Source: Gemmatimonadota bacterium
GTDB taxonomy: Bacteria; Gemmatimonadota; Gemmatimonadetes; Longimicrobiales; Gaopeijiaceae
Direction of reading: 5' to 3'
Length of the DNA: 64,000 bases
NCBI GenBank assembly: GCA_039589315.1
Contig: JBDHHQ010000018.1
Location: 17,705 to 81,704, forward strand
Shown one piece after another: positions 29,718-39,646 of the stretch; within the stretch, counting starts at the first letter, position 1, and every line of letters begins with the position of its first letter. Made by a program: the position numbers and the translations under genes. The notes under the pieces were generated by a model that was not told the origin of the DNA, made no database searches, and saw only the letters and a list, made by a program, of their open reading frames with translations.

Positions 29718-29911
29718 CCGTGCCGACTCCTGGCCTGGCGAGGGAAGTGGGGAAGAGGTATCGGGTCGTGAAGCCGACCCGGGCCTGACGGCCGTCGTGG
29801 ACGCCATCGGACGGTCCATTCGGTGGTGATCGGAACGCGTGCGAGGTAACGTAGACCCCGGACGGGTCTCTGATCAACGCCGGTTACTCATTACCCCGAC
29901 GTGTGGTTCAC

Positions 29912-32185
29912 ATGAAGGTCGATCTGGTCGATTCGCTGCACGCCATCGCCGACGGACGCAACGCGACGCCCTTCGACGTGCTGGGCATGCACCCCACCGA
30001 CGACGTGGTGGACCGTGGCATGACGATCCGGGCCTGGCTCCCCGAAGCCTCCACCGCGGAGGTGCTCTGGAAGGGGCGTTCCGCGCCCATGAGCCGGGTG
30101 CACCCGAAGGGCGTCTACGAGGTCGTCGTGCCAGAGCCCGAACCCGTGACCTACCGCCTACGCGTGGATGGCGGCGCACCGTTCGAGGATCCGTATCGCT
30201 TCTCTCCGGTCTTCGACGACGATGAGCTGGCGCCGATCCGGGAGGTGGACGGCCGCCCGCACCGCGTGCTCGGCGCCCACGTCATGGAGCATGAAGGCGT
30301 CTCGGGAACGGTCTTCGCCGTGTGGGCCCCGGGCGCGAGGGCGGTGAGCCTGGTCGGGGACTTCAACGGGTGGCGCGCCGGGCGGCATCCCATGCGGGCC
30401 CGGGCCTCCACCGGGGTGTGGGAGCTGTTCGTCCCCGACCTCGCCGCCGGAGAGCTGTACAAATACCGCATCCTCAGCCACGTCGAGGGGAAGGTGCTTC
30501 TGAAGACCGATCCCTACGCCCGTTCGATGCAGCTGCGGCCGGAGACGGCGTCGGTCGTGGTGGCGCCGAGCACCCATGTCTGGACGGACGGGCCATGGAC
30601 CGCAGAGCGGGCCGAACGTCAGGCGGACGGACGGCCCATATCCGTCTACGAGGTCCACCTGGGCTCGTGGAAACGAGAGCCGGGTGCGAGGCCCCGAGAC
30701 GGCGCGCCGGGTTGGCAGGGCTACCGGGCGCTGGCGGCCGAGCTCATCCCGTACGTGAAGCGCCTCGGCTTCACGCACCTGGAGCTGCTGCCCGTTACGG
30801 AGCATCCCTACGACGCCTCCTGGGGCTATCAGACTGTCGGTTACTTCGCCCCAACGGCGCGCTACGGCACGCCCGACGACCTCCGCTACTTCGTGGACGA
30901 GGCGCACCGGGCCGGTCTCGGCGTGATCCTGGACTGGGTGCCGGCCCACTTTCCTCGCGACGCTCACGGCCTGGGCGTGTTCGACGGCACGCACCTCTAC
31001 GAGCACGCCGACCCGAGGAAGGGCGTCCATCCGGACTGGGGCACCTACATCTTCAACTACGCCCGGCCGGAGGTGACCGCGTTCTTGATATCGAGCGCGC
31101 TGTACTGGATCGAGGAGTTCCACATCGACGGGCTGCGCCTCGACGCCGTCGCGTCCATGCTCTACCTCGACTACTCCCGGGACGAGGGACAATGGGTGCC
31201 CAACCAGTACGGTGGTCGGGAGAACCTCGAGGCGAGCCGGTTCCTTCGTCAACTCAACGAGACGGTGCACCGAGAGCACCCTGGCGTCCTGGTAATGGCC
31301 GAGGAATCCACTGCCTGGCCGGGCGTCACGCACCCCGTCACAGCAGGCGGACTGGGCTTCGACGTGAAGTGGAACATGGGTTGGATGCACGACACGCTCG
31401 AGGTCATTCAATCGGATCCGCTGTTCCGGAAGGGGGTGTACGACAAGCTCACCTTTGGCATCACCTACGCGTTCTCCGAGCGCTTCCTGCTGGCGTTCTC
31501 CCATGACGAGGTCGTGCACCTCAAGGGCTCGATGCTCACCAAGATGCCCGGGCAGGTGCTGGACCAGTTCGCCAACCTGCGTCTGCTCTACGGCTACATG
31601 TGGGCCCACCCTGGCAAGAAGCTGCTGTTCATGGGAGCGGAGCTTGCGGTGTGGCAGGAGTGGGACGTGGAGGGTGAGCTCGACTGGGCCGTGGCCAAGG
31701 AGCCTCTCCACGCCGGGATCCAGCGCTGGATCACCGAGCTGAACCACTTCTACGCCCGGGAGCCCGCCCTCCATGAGAGTGACTGGGACGGGAGGGGCTT
31801 CGAGTGGCTCGACTGCCACGACCAGGCTCGGACGACCTTGTCGTTCCTGCGCTGGTCCGGGGAGTGGAAGGACCACGTGGCGGTTGCCTGCAACTTCACG
31901 CCAGTCACGTGGGAGGGGTACCGGCTCGCGGTTCCCCACGCGGGCTCGTACGAGGTGGTGCTGAGCTCGGACGATCGGCGCTTCGGGGGCAGCGGGTCGG
32001 TGGAGCACACGGTCTTCGGCACCGTCGAGGGAGAGCTCTTCGGCCGCGACCAGTTCGTGGAGCTGACGCTGCCGCCCCTGTCGATGCTCTTCCTCAAGCA
32101 GGTGGCGCCGCCGGTCGACGCCAGGGGCTCCAGCAAGCCGTCCAGGGCGGGCCGCGCCAGGAAGGGCGGCGACACGGGCGGCTGA
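29912..32185 (+). CDS. glgB: 1,4-alpha-glucan branching enzyme (GH13)
   Basis: YEVHLGSW, SWGYQ, LDWVPAHF, GLRLDAVASM, AEES, SHDEVVH, HPGKKLLFMG. Confidence 0.96.
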   Translation: MKVDLVDSLHAIADGRNATPFDVLGMHPTDDVVDRGMTIRAWLPEASTAEVLWKGRSAPMSRVHPKGVYEVVVPEPEPVTYRLRVDGGAPFEDPYRFSPVFDDDELAPIREVDGRPHRVLGAHVMEHEGVSGTVFAVWAPGARAVSLVGDFNGWRAGRHPMRARASTGVWELFVPDLAAGELYKYRILSHVEGKVLLKTDPYARSMQLRPETASVVVAPSTHVWTDGPWTAERAERQADGRPISVYEVHLGSWKREPGARPRDGAPGWQGYRALAAELIPYVKRLGFTHLELLPVTEHPYDASWGYQTVGYFAPTARYGTPDDLRYFVDEAHRAGLGVILDWVPAHFPRDAHGLGVFDGTHLYEHADPRKGVHPDWGTYIFNYARPEVTAFLISSALYWIEEFHIDGLRLDAVASMLYLDYSRDEGQWVPNQYGGRENLEASRFLRQLNETVHREHPGVLVMAEESTAWPGVTHPVTAGGLGFDVKWNMGWMHDTLEVIQSDPLFRKGVYDKLTFGITYAFSERFLLAFSHDEVVHLKGSMLTKMPGQVLDQFANLRLLYGYMWAHPGKKLLFMGAELAVWQEWDVEGELDWAVAKEPLHAGIQRWITELNHFYAREPALHESDWDGRGFEWLDCHDQARTTLSFLRWSGEWKDHVAVACNFTPVTWEGYRLAVPHAGSYEVVLSSDDRRFGGSGSVEHTVFGTVEGELFGRDQFVELTLPPLSMLFLKQVAPPVDARGSSKPSRAGRARKGGDTGG

Positions 32186-32188
32186 GCT

Positions 32189-32250
32189 CTCCGCCGCTCC
32201 AGTGCCCGAGTCTCCCCCCTCAATCGGGGAGACGGGGGCTCGAGGCGGAG
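32189..32250. terminator. Hairpin between convergent glgB and ATP-grasp genes
   Basis: GTCTCCCC/GGGGAGAC (32210-32233) with outer CTCCGCC/GGCGGAG; no clear U-tract. Confidence 0.45.
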
Positions 32251-32297
32251 CAACGACGGCTACTTCGACCCCTTTGTTGGGGCGTGGACGCGGGGGT

Positions 32298-33515
32298 CTA
32301 CCCCGCCACCACCTGGAACCGGCTCGCCACCTTCCCGGCCATGTCGATCGTGGTCTGCAGGTCGGGATGGCGGACGACGAGCATGCCGTCGCCCACCAGG
32401 ACCTTGCGCCAGTCGCGCCGCGGCGCGCCGATGGGATTGAGGTCCATGGCACACACGTGCTGCCCGATCTCCGACAGTAGAGGCTCGAGACCCTCGTACC
32501 TCTGGATGTTCCCTCTTCCGCGAGCTCTCTTGAAGATCCACGCGGCGTTGAACTTGCGCTCCGCCGGCTGACTGAAGCTGCCGTGGACCACGGCCTCCGC
32601 CCAACCGGTGTACGTGTCGATGTCCGACGCGAAGTTGATGAGATCGACGAGGTACGCACCGGGCGGGCGACCCCCGATCTCGCCAAACACCGCCTCCCCC
32701 TCCTGCGTCCGGTACCACTCCATGTGGGTGTATCCGGTGCGGAACCCCAGCGCCTGGAGAACGGCCTCTCCCATCTTCTTGCCCGCGGCCAGCTCGGGCG
32801 TATCCGGATCCCGGTAGACCAGGGTGATGGGACTCACCCACTCGTTCTCCTTCATGACCAGCGCGCGGGGGATGTACGTAGCGATGGAGTAGTGCTGGAT
32901 CCGCCCGTCGATGCAGATCGTCTCGTAGGTCATGTCGTCGCCCTCGACGAACTCCTCGACGCTGATCTCGTTCACGGACCTCAGAGCGGGCAGCACGCCG
33001 TCGAGCTGTTCCCGGGACTCGATGCGATAGGTGTGCTCGGACCCGGCCCCGGCGATGGGCTTGACGATCACGGGATAGCCGATGTTCTCCGCAGCCTCCA
33101 CGACCTGGGCGGCGGTGGTCGCGCTGTAGTGGTGGGGCGTGCGGATCCCAGCCTGGTCCAAGACGCGCTTCATGATCTCCTTGTCCCGAAACGGGATCGT
33201 CTCCTGCACCGTCATCCCGGCCAAGCCGAGCATCTCCCGGATCCGGGCGGCCAACACCATGTACGGCTCCCACAGGCACTCGACGCGGTGGATCGTCACC
33301 CTCCGGGCGAGGTCGGCGACTTGCCCGAGGATGGCGTCCTCGTCCAGGAAGGAGCGCACCTGGATGTGCGCCTTCACCGCCGAACGTGCCGGCTCTTCCA
33401 GGGCCGTTTCCGGCTGGTCTCCGAGCCCGATCACGTTGGCGCCCACGGCAGCGAGACCGCGGGTGAAGTAGCGCATCTCCCGAGGGAAGCTGGGAGAGAT
33501 CATCAACACGTTCAT
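32298..33515 (-). CDS. ATP-grasp ligase A (L-amino-acid-ligase-like)
   Basis: FRDKEIMK, VIVKPIAGAGS, EEFVEG, THMEWY, EIGGRPPG; GAGGA RBS. Confidence 0.88.
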   Translation of the reverse strand: MNVLMISPSFPREMRYFTRGLAAVGANVIGLGDQPETALEEPARSAVKAHIQVRSFLDEDAILGQVADLARRVTIHRVECLWEPYMVLAARIREMLGLAGMTVQETIPFRDKEIMKRVLDQAGIRTPHHYSATTAAQVVEAAENIGYPVIVKPIAGAGSEHTYRIESREQLDGVLPALRSVNEISVEEFVEGDDMTYETICIDGRIQHYSIATYIPRALVMKENEWVSPITLVYRDPDTPELAAGKKMGEAVLQALGFRTGYTHMEWYRTQEGEAVFGEIGGRPPGAYLVDLINFASDIDTYTGWAEAVVHGSFSQPAERKFNAAWIFKRARGRGNIQRYEGLEPLLSEIGQHVCAMDLNPIGAPRRDWRKVLVGDGMLVVRHPDLQTTIDMAGKVASRFQVVAG

Positions 33516-33585
33516 GGTATCCTCTATCCTCCGGCGCAGCCGGGGTCTGAAGCGACGTGCCACGCACCGGCACGCCGCGGTTCGG

Positions 33586-34803
33586 TCATTCCAGCTCCAC
33601 CCGGATCCCGGTGACGATTCGATGCAAGGCCTTCCGCACAAGCTCCGTCTCCGGATGCCGCACGATCAGGTAGCCCTCGCCTTCGTAGGTGCTGGAAGAG
33701 GGCTGGCCGACGCGCGGAAGTCGAGCCTCCACCACGAGGCTGCCCAGCTCGGCGAGCACCTCCGTGACGCCGTGAACGCGGGCGACCCTTCCCCTCCCCT
33801 GGCCGCGCAGGTATGCCGCCCCGGCGGCGTACGGGCGGGGGCCCGCCTCGAACACGTCGAAGACGACGAGGCGGGCCCAGGCGTGGAATAGGTCGAAATC
33901 CTGCGCCCGCGAGATCAGGTTGACGAAACGGGCGCCGGGCGGTCGGGCGCCGACCTCCGAGATGGCCACGCTTCCATCGGGGCGCCGGAACCACTCCATG
34001 TGGCTCATGCCGGTGTGCATGCCGAGGGCGTCGAGCGCCTGCCCGGCCACCGCCCGGATGCCGTCGTAGCGGGCGTCGTCCACATCCCGCGGCGTGAGGA
34101 CGCACCACTGGATCCAGGGCTCCTCGACCACCCGAAGGGCGGCGGGCAGATAGTCGTTCACGGAGTGCCAGACCACCCGCCCGCCGATGCTGACCGAGTC
34201 GAACGAATGCTCCTCGCCCGCCACGAACTCCTCCATCATCACGGGCCGTTGGAGGGAAGCGGGCATGGCTTGCAGGAAAGCCGTCAGGTCGTCGACGCTC
34301 TCGAGCCGGTAGGTGCCCCGGGCGCCGGAGCCCGCCTGAGGCTTGACGATCACCGGATAGCCGACGGCGGCGGTGAACGCGGCCGCTTCGTCGCCGGAGC
34401 GGGCCAGACCGTGTTGAGCACAGGGCAGATGGTGCGCGCGCAGCACCCGCTTCATGCGGGCCTTGTCGCGGAAGTTCTCGGCCACGTCGGCGCTCATCCC
34501 GGCGATCCCAAGCCGGTCGCGTACGTGGCCCAGTGGCACCTGCAGCTCCTCGAGGGTTCCGAGAAGGCGGTGAATCCGGCCGCGCGTCGCCAGGCGCTCC
34601 ACGGCAGTGGCGAGCTGGTCGGGATCCAGCGCGTCTCCCACTCGCAGATGGAACGCGAGCCGCCCTCTGAGGCCGGCCGGCAGCTTCCGAGGCGGTTCCT
34701 GGCTGATCAAGGTGGCGCGGACGCCGTCGAGCCTGGAGACTGCGTCGATGAAGCGCAGCGTGGTCTCGGCGAAGAAGGGCGCGACAAAGACGACGTTCTT
34801 CAT
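33586..34803 (-). CDS. ATP-grasp ligase B (paralog of A)
   Basis: FRDKARMK, VIVKPQAGSGA, EEFVAG, SHMEWF, EVGARPPG. Confidence 0.88.
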   Translation of the reverse strand: MKNVVFVAPFFAETTLRFIDAVSRLDGVRATLISQEPPRKLPAGLRGRLAFHLRVGDALDPDQLATAVERLATRGRIHRLLGTLEELQVPLGHVRDRLGIAGMSADVAENFRDKARMKRVLRAHHLPCAQHGLARSGDEAAAFTAAVGYPVIVKPQAGSGARGTYRLESVDDLTAFLQAMPASLQRPVMMEEFVAGEEHSFDSVSIGGRVVWHSVNDYLPAALRVVEEPWIQWCVLTPRDVDDARYDGIRAVAGQALDALGMHTGMSHMEWFRRPDGSVAISEVGARPPGARFVNLISRAQDFDLFHAWARLVVFDVFEAGPRPYAAGAAYLRGQGRGRVARVHGVTEVLAELGSLVVEARLPRVGQPSSSTYEGEGYLIVRHPETELVRKALHRIVTGIRVELE

Positions 34804-35003
34804 TCGGAGTGCCGGCAAGCACGGGGGAAGCCGGCGTCTGTCGGGTGATCTCGGTCCGGCGGAGGCCGGAGAAGAGTAAGGAAGGTAAACCCGCACAGGC
34901 CAGGGGGGTACCTCGGCCGTCCCGTTTCGCTATCTTTGGCGCCGTTTCGCGGCCTATCGGCATCGGTCGCGCCAGTCCACCCCGACGACGGACACATCGA
35001 CTC

Positions 35004-36227
35004 ATGCACGCGGTCTTCGTCGAGCCGGCCTTCCCGTCGAACCAGAAGGAATTCGTTCGCGCTCTGCACCAGGCCGGTGCCCAGGTCACGGCCGTCGGCG
35101 AGCGCCCCAGGGAGGCGCTGGACGACGACCTCGAGCGCTGGCTACTCCACTACGAACAGGTCCCCTCGGTCGTCGACGCCCAAGACCTCGCACGGGTGGT
35201 GGGCGCCATTCACGCCCGCAAGCCGGTGGGGCGGTTGGAGACGACGGTCGAGGCCCACATCATGGCTGCAGCCCAGGTCCGCGAAGCCCTGGGCATACCC
35301 GGCACGTCCGTGCGCACGGCTTTCCTTTGCCGGGACAAGCCGGCCATGAAGGAGGTCCTGCGAGAGGGTGGTGTAGCGTGTGCTCAATCCATGGGCAGCG
35401 GCGACTCCGAGGCCATCCGGTCCTTCGCCGAGAGCGTCGGCTATCCATTGGTCCTGAAACCCAGGGCGGCCGCGGGAGCCTCGGGCACGTATCGGGTGGA
35501 CGACCGGGAGCAACTGGACGGCGTCTTGACTCAGTTGGGCGTGGGTCACGGAGGCCAGGTGGCCGTCGAGGAGTTCATCGAGGGTCACGAGGCCTTCTAC
35601 GACACGATCACCATCGGGGGTAGCGTCGCCCACGAGTTCATCACGCACTACTACCCGAACGTCCTCGAGGCCATGCGCACGCGCTGGATCTCGCCGCAGT
35701 TCATCACCACGAACCGCATCGAGTCCGCTCCAGACTACCAGGAGGTGCTGGAGCTGGGGCGCAAGGTCATCCGCGTGCTCGAGATCGACACCTCCGCGAC
35801 CCACATGGAGTGGTTCTTCGGGTCCAAGGGCCTGAAGTTCTCGGAGATCGGCTGTCGACCGCCCGGCGTCCGGGCGTGGGACCTCTACGCCGCAGCCAAC
35901 GAGATCGACATCTACTACGAATGGGCCATGGCCGTGCTCTGGGGCCGGACGTCGCGCAAGGCGTCTCGGGCGTATTCGGCCGGAATCGTCGCGCTGCGGC
36001 CGGACCAAGACGGCCGGATTCGTGGCTACGACGGCCTCGATGAGGTTCGCCGGCGCTTCGGCGAGTGGATTCTCGACCACCACCTTCCCCCTGAGGGGAC
36101 ACCCACCCAGCCCGTGGAGGGCGGGTACATGGCCAACGCCTGGATCCGCATGCGCCATCCCGACTACGACGCGCTACGCTCCATGCTCGATCAGGTCGGC
36201 GAAATCGTGCAGGTGAGGGCAGGGTGA
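35004..36227 (+). CDS. ATP-grasp ligase C (paralog of A and B)
   Basis: CRDKPAMK, LVLKPRAAAGA, EEFIEG, THMEWF, EIGCRPPG. Confidence 0.88.
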   Translation: MHAVFVEPAFPSNQKEFVRALHQAGAQVTAVGERPREALDDDLERWLLHYEQVPSVVDAQDLARVVGAIHARKPVGRLETTVEAHIMAAAQVREALGIPGTSVRTAFLCRDKPAMKEVLREGGVACAQSMGSGDSEAIRSFAESVGYPLVLKPRAAAGASGTYRVDDREQLDGVLTQLGVGHGGQVAVEEFIEGHEAFYDTITIGGSVAHEFITHYYPNVLEAMRTRWISPQFITTNRIESAPDYQEVLELGRKVIRVLEIDTSATHMEWFFGSKGLKFSEIGCRPPGVRAWDLYAAANEIDIYYEWAMAVLWGRTSRKASRAYSAGIVALRPDQDGRIRGYDGLDEVRRRFGEWILDHHLPPEGTPTQPVEGGYMANAWIRMRHPDYDALRSMLDQVGEIVQVRAG

Positions 36228-37159
36228 GCAACGGTCCTGCCCGGGTCGTTCTGCTGGGGTCCCACTCGGGCGTCCCGACGGGGGGGCCCTCCTTGGACGA
36301 GCTCGGCCTCGACGGACCCGTGGCCACGGTACGAGCTGGCTGGCAGGAGTGGGAAGGGGAGCCCCATTCGTTGACCCTGGCAGCGGACGGCTGGAATCTC
36401 CGCCTGTGGGAGCGGGCGGAGCGGATCTGGGCCGAGGACCCCGAGCTCACCCAGGCGCACCACGCGATGCAGGAGAAGATCCGCCTCCTCCGGCGCATCT
36501 ACAACGTCCGCCTCTCCCACCTCGCCGACGCCTACCTCGACATCGACGCCCGGGAGGGGCCGGCAGACGTGCTGGACCCGGAGCGTCACGCCGCGTTCGA
36601 GGCCGTGCGGGAGCTGGACCGACGCCAGGTGCAGCGGGTGGCCGGCATCCGCCGGGAGTTCGAGGAGCGCTACCGCCCCGGAGACCGACACGCCGTCGCG
36701 CGCGAACGCGCCGAGGTGGCGCGTATCCTGACCGACACGCCGGTGGTGGCGGTCGACGGCGGCCACGTCGCCATCCTCCTCAACCGGCTGCGTCTGTTCG
36801 GCCTGGCCGAGCTGCTGGCCGGCCGTGCGGTGGTCGCTTGCTCGGGCGGAGCCATGGTTCTTTCGGAGCGCCTCGTCCTCTTCCACGACTCACCTCCCTG
36901 GGGGCCCGGGCACGCCGAGGTGGCGGAAGCCGGCCTCGGCCTCTTCCCTGACGTCGTCGTCCTGCCCCACGCCGAGACGCGCCTGCGACTGGACGATCCC
37001 ACCCGGGTGAGCCGGCTCGCCCGCCGCGTGGCTCCGGCACCGTGTGTCCTCCTCGACCGGGACGCCCGGCTCGAGTGGGACGGCCGGCGCTGGACGGTTG
37101 CCCGGGCTCGGCATCTCACCGCTTCAGGGACAGTGACACTCTGGGAGGTGGCGGCGTGA
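36224..37159 (+). CDS. Peptidase S51-like (cyanophycinase/PepE; class I GATase fold) protein
   Basis: GGHVAILLNRL, CSGGAM nucleophile elbow, GLGL.P...LPH; GTGA overlap. Confidence 0.7.
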   Translation: MSNGPARVVLLGSHSGVPTGGPSLDELGLDGPVATVRAGWQEWEGEPHSLTLAADGWNLRLWERAERIWAEDPELTQAHHAMQEKIRLLRRIYNVRLSHLADAYLDIDAREGPADVLDPERHAAFEAVRELDRRQVQRVAGIRREFEERYRPGDRHAVARERAEVARILTDTPVVAVDGGHVAILLNRLRLFGLAELLAGRAVVACSGGAMVLSERLVLFHDSPPWGPGHAEVAEAGLGLFPDVVVLPHAETRLRLDDPTRVSRLARRVAPAPCVLLDRDARLEWDGRRWTVARARHLTASGTVTLWEVAA

Positions 37160-38343
37160 GGGGCATGCCCAAGGATCGGGAACGCGCCTCCGGGAGGGTC
37201 GATCACCACGGGTTGGCAATCGCCGAGCTGGTGGATGCCTCGCCGCCGGACGCGGACGCCGTGAGCCGATTCATCGAGGAACACGAGTTCCCCATCGTCG
37301 AGGGAACGCGTTGTACGTTCGTGTTCCAGGGCAAAGCCCGGGAGGTGCGACTTCGGCACTGGATCTTCGGACTGGCCACCGCCGAGCGCTTCCATCGCGT
37401 ACCGGGCACGGATCTCTGGTACCACGTCATGGAGATCCCCGACGGCTCCAGGGTCGAGTACAAGCTCGAGGTGGAAGACGGTCGCCCGGCCCACTGGATC
37501 ACGGATCCGCTGAACCCTCACCTGGCCCACGACCCCTTCGGCGCCAACTCCGTGTGCTACGGGCAGGGATACGAGGTGCCGGCGTGGTCCCGCGAGGATC
37601 CCCTGGCGGCACCGGGCAGCCTGGAGGAGCGGGTGTTTCACAGCGACGCCCTGGACTCGCCGAGGCGGGTGACGCTGTTCAGGCCAGCCCGGTTCAAGGA
37701 GACCCGGCGCTACCCCCTGCTCGTGGTGCACGACGGTGGTGACTACCTCCGGTTCGCCAACCTGGAGACGGTCCTGAACAACCTGATCCACCGCCTCGAG
37801 GTTCCGGGCGTGGTGGCCGCGTTGACGCACCCGGCCGACCGGATGGAGCAGTACCGGGACTCCGAGAGTCACGCCCGCTTCCTGACCGAGGAGCTGGTGC
37901 CTATGCTCGAGGAGGAGCTGCCCCTCCTGGGGACCCCGGCCGGACGCTGTCTGATGGGTGCGAGCCTGGGCGCCGTGGCCTGCCTCTCCACGGCCATCCG
38001 GCACCCCGGCTTCTACGGCCGACTCCTGCTCCAGTCGGGCTCGTTCGCGTTCTCGGACATCGGCAACCACGACCGTGGCCCGGCTTTCGACCCCATCGCT
38101 GACATGGTGAACCGGTACCGGAGCCAGCCGTTCGCCGTGAGCGACCGCGTGTTCGTGAGCTGCGGCATGTACGAGTCGCTCATCTACGAGAACCGGTCCC
38201 TCGTCCCCCTCCTGCGCGAGACCGGAATGGACATCCGCTACGTCGAGGCGAGGGACGGGCACAATTGGGAGAACTGGCGGGACCGGCTGCGCGAGGGTCT
38301 GTCGTTCCTGTTCCCCGGACCCCTCTGGTGGGTCTACGATTGA
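37156..38343 (+). CDS. Fes/enterochelin-esterase-like alpha/beta hydrolase with N-terminal E-set (CBM48-like) domain
   Basis: N-terminal RV.GTDLW...EYKL....DPLNP; YPLLVVHDG, GASLG, GHNWENW; GGAGGTG RBS. Confidence 0.82.
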   Translation: MRGMPKDRERASGRVDHHGLAIAELVDASPPDADAVSRFIEEHEFPIVEGTRCTFVFQGKAREVRLRHWIFGLATAERFHRVPGTDLWYHVMEIPDGSRVEYKLEVEDGRPAHWITDPLNPHLAHDPFGANSVCYGQGYEVPAWSREDPLAAPGSLEERVFHSDALDSPRRVTLFRPARFKETRRYPLLVVHDGGDYLRFANLETVLNNLIHRLEVPGVVAALTHPADRMEQYRDSESHARFLTEELVPMLEEELPLLGTPAGRCLMGASLGAVACLSTAIRHPGFYGRLLLQSGSFAFSDIGNHDRGPAFDPIADMVNRYRSQPFAVSDRVFVSCGMYESLIYENRSLVPLLRETGMDIRYVEARDGHNWENWRDRLREGLSFLFPGPLWWVYD

Positions 38344-38404
38344 GAGGCCCGTCGGGACGGGCGCCCGTCGCTCGGATCCGAACCGCTCGACACGAGGAAT
38401 CTCG

Positions 38405-39646
38405 ATGGCTGACGTAACCCGAAAGATCGGTCTGTCACTGGGCGCCGACATCTGCTGGCCCATCGCCTACACCGAGGTGCTCCGGCGCTTGGACCTGGCG
38501 ATCCCCATCGGAGACGATACGATCAGGCTCGACGTGGAGCGGATGACGATCGAGCCGTTCGACCTCCGGGAGCACACGCCGTACGACCTGGTGATCGACC
38601 GGCTGACGCACTGGTATCACCCGCGCCGGGAGTGGATCAAGAAGGCCGTGCTGCTCGACGACGTCTACGTGTTCAACAACCCCTGGTCCGTGCAGTCGAT
38701 GGAGAAGCTCAGCTCGTACTGCGCCATGATCAGGCTGGGGCTTCCCATTCCGGAGACGTGGCTCATTCCGCCGAAAACGTACTTCGATCACTCCCAGGAG
38801 CTGCAGACCACGTTAGAGCGCTACGCACGGTATTTCGACCTGCCCGCAATCGGCGGCGAGGTTGGCTACCCGCTGTTCATGAAGCCCTACGACGGCGGCG
38901 GCTGGCGGGCGGTGTCCAGGATCGCCAACGCCGAGGAGCTCGAGACGGCGTACGAGGAGAGTGGCGATGCCGTGATGCACCTACAGGAAGGCATCGAGCC
39001 GTTCGACCGCTTCGTCCGGTGCATCGGCCTCGGGCCCCAGACCCGCATCGTGCTCTACGACATCGATGCCCCAATCCACGACCGATACACGATGGAGCGG
39101 GGCTTCCTCGAGGACGAGGAGCACAAGCTCATCCGCGACATGACCCTGGTGATCAACGCCTTCTTCGCCTGGGACTTCAACTCGTGCGAGCTGATCCACC
39201 GCGACGGCGTGTGGCACGCCATCGACTTTGCCAATCCCTGCCCGGACTCGCAGGTGACGTCGCTGCACTATCACTTCCCGTGGCTGATCAAGGCCAATAT
39301 CCGATGGTCCGTATACGCTGCCGCCACCGGTCGCAGAATGAAGCCCATGGGCTGGGAGCGCTTCTTCAACGCCGTCGACGACGACATGACCTTGCGGGAG
39401 CGTCTGGACTCCCTCCTGCACCTCGTGCACGAGCGCTACGAGACCGAGCGCTTCGAGGCGTTCTGCCACCGTCACCTGCCCCACCTGGACGAGGTGACGC
39501 ACGAGTTCTTCGGTACGGAGGTGGCGCACGACGCAGTGCGGCAGAAGGTGGCGGCCCTGTTCCCCGAGCACGAAGTGGAGGAGTTCACGGAGCTGATGTG
39601 GAGTCGCATCCAGACCTGGCGGGACGTTGAAGGGGCCTCGGCATGA
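38405..39646 (+). CDS. ATP-grasp ligase D (RimK/GshB-like, distinct subfamily)
   Basis: NNPW....K, GLPIPET..IP.K, YPLFMKPYDGGGW, HLQE, IDFANPCPD; GAGGA RBS. Confidence 0.8.
   Translation: MADVTRKIGLSLGADICWPIAYTEVLRRLDLAIPIGDDTIRLDVERMTIEPFDLREHTPYDLVIDRLTHWYHPRREWIKKAVLLDDVYVFNNPWSVQSMEKLSSYCAMIRLGLPIPETWLIPPKTYFDHSQELQTTLERYARYFDLPAIGGEVGYPLFMKPYDGGGWRAVSRIANAEELETAYEESGDAVMHLQEGIEPFDRFVRCIGLGPQTRIVLYDIDAPIHDRYTMERGFLEDEEHKLIRDMTLVINAFFAWDFNSCELIHRDGVWHAIDFANPCPDSQVTSLHYHFPWLIKANIRWSVYAAATGRRMKPMGWERFFNAVDDDMTLRERLDSLLHLVHERYETERFEAFCHRHLPHLDEVTHEFFGTEVAHDAVRQKVAALFPEHEVEEFTELMWSRIQTWRDVEGASA

Noticed and set aside
33548..33562. Sigma-54-like TGGCACG upstream of ligase A
   Set aside because: The -12 element reads TTCA rather than TTGC, so the GG-N10-GC rule fails.
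32298..36227. Calling the ATP-grasp genes carB, purD, ddl or accC
   Set aside because: Size, motifs (HMEW, E-x-G-x-RPPG) and context do not fit those families.
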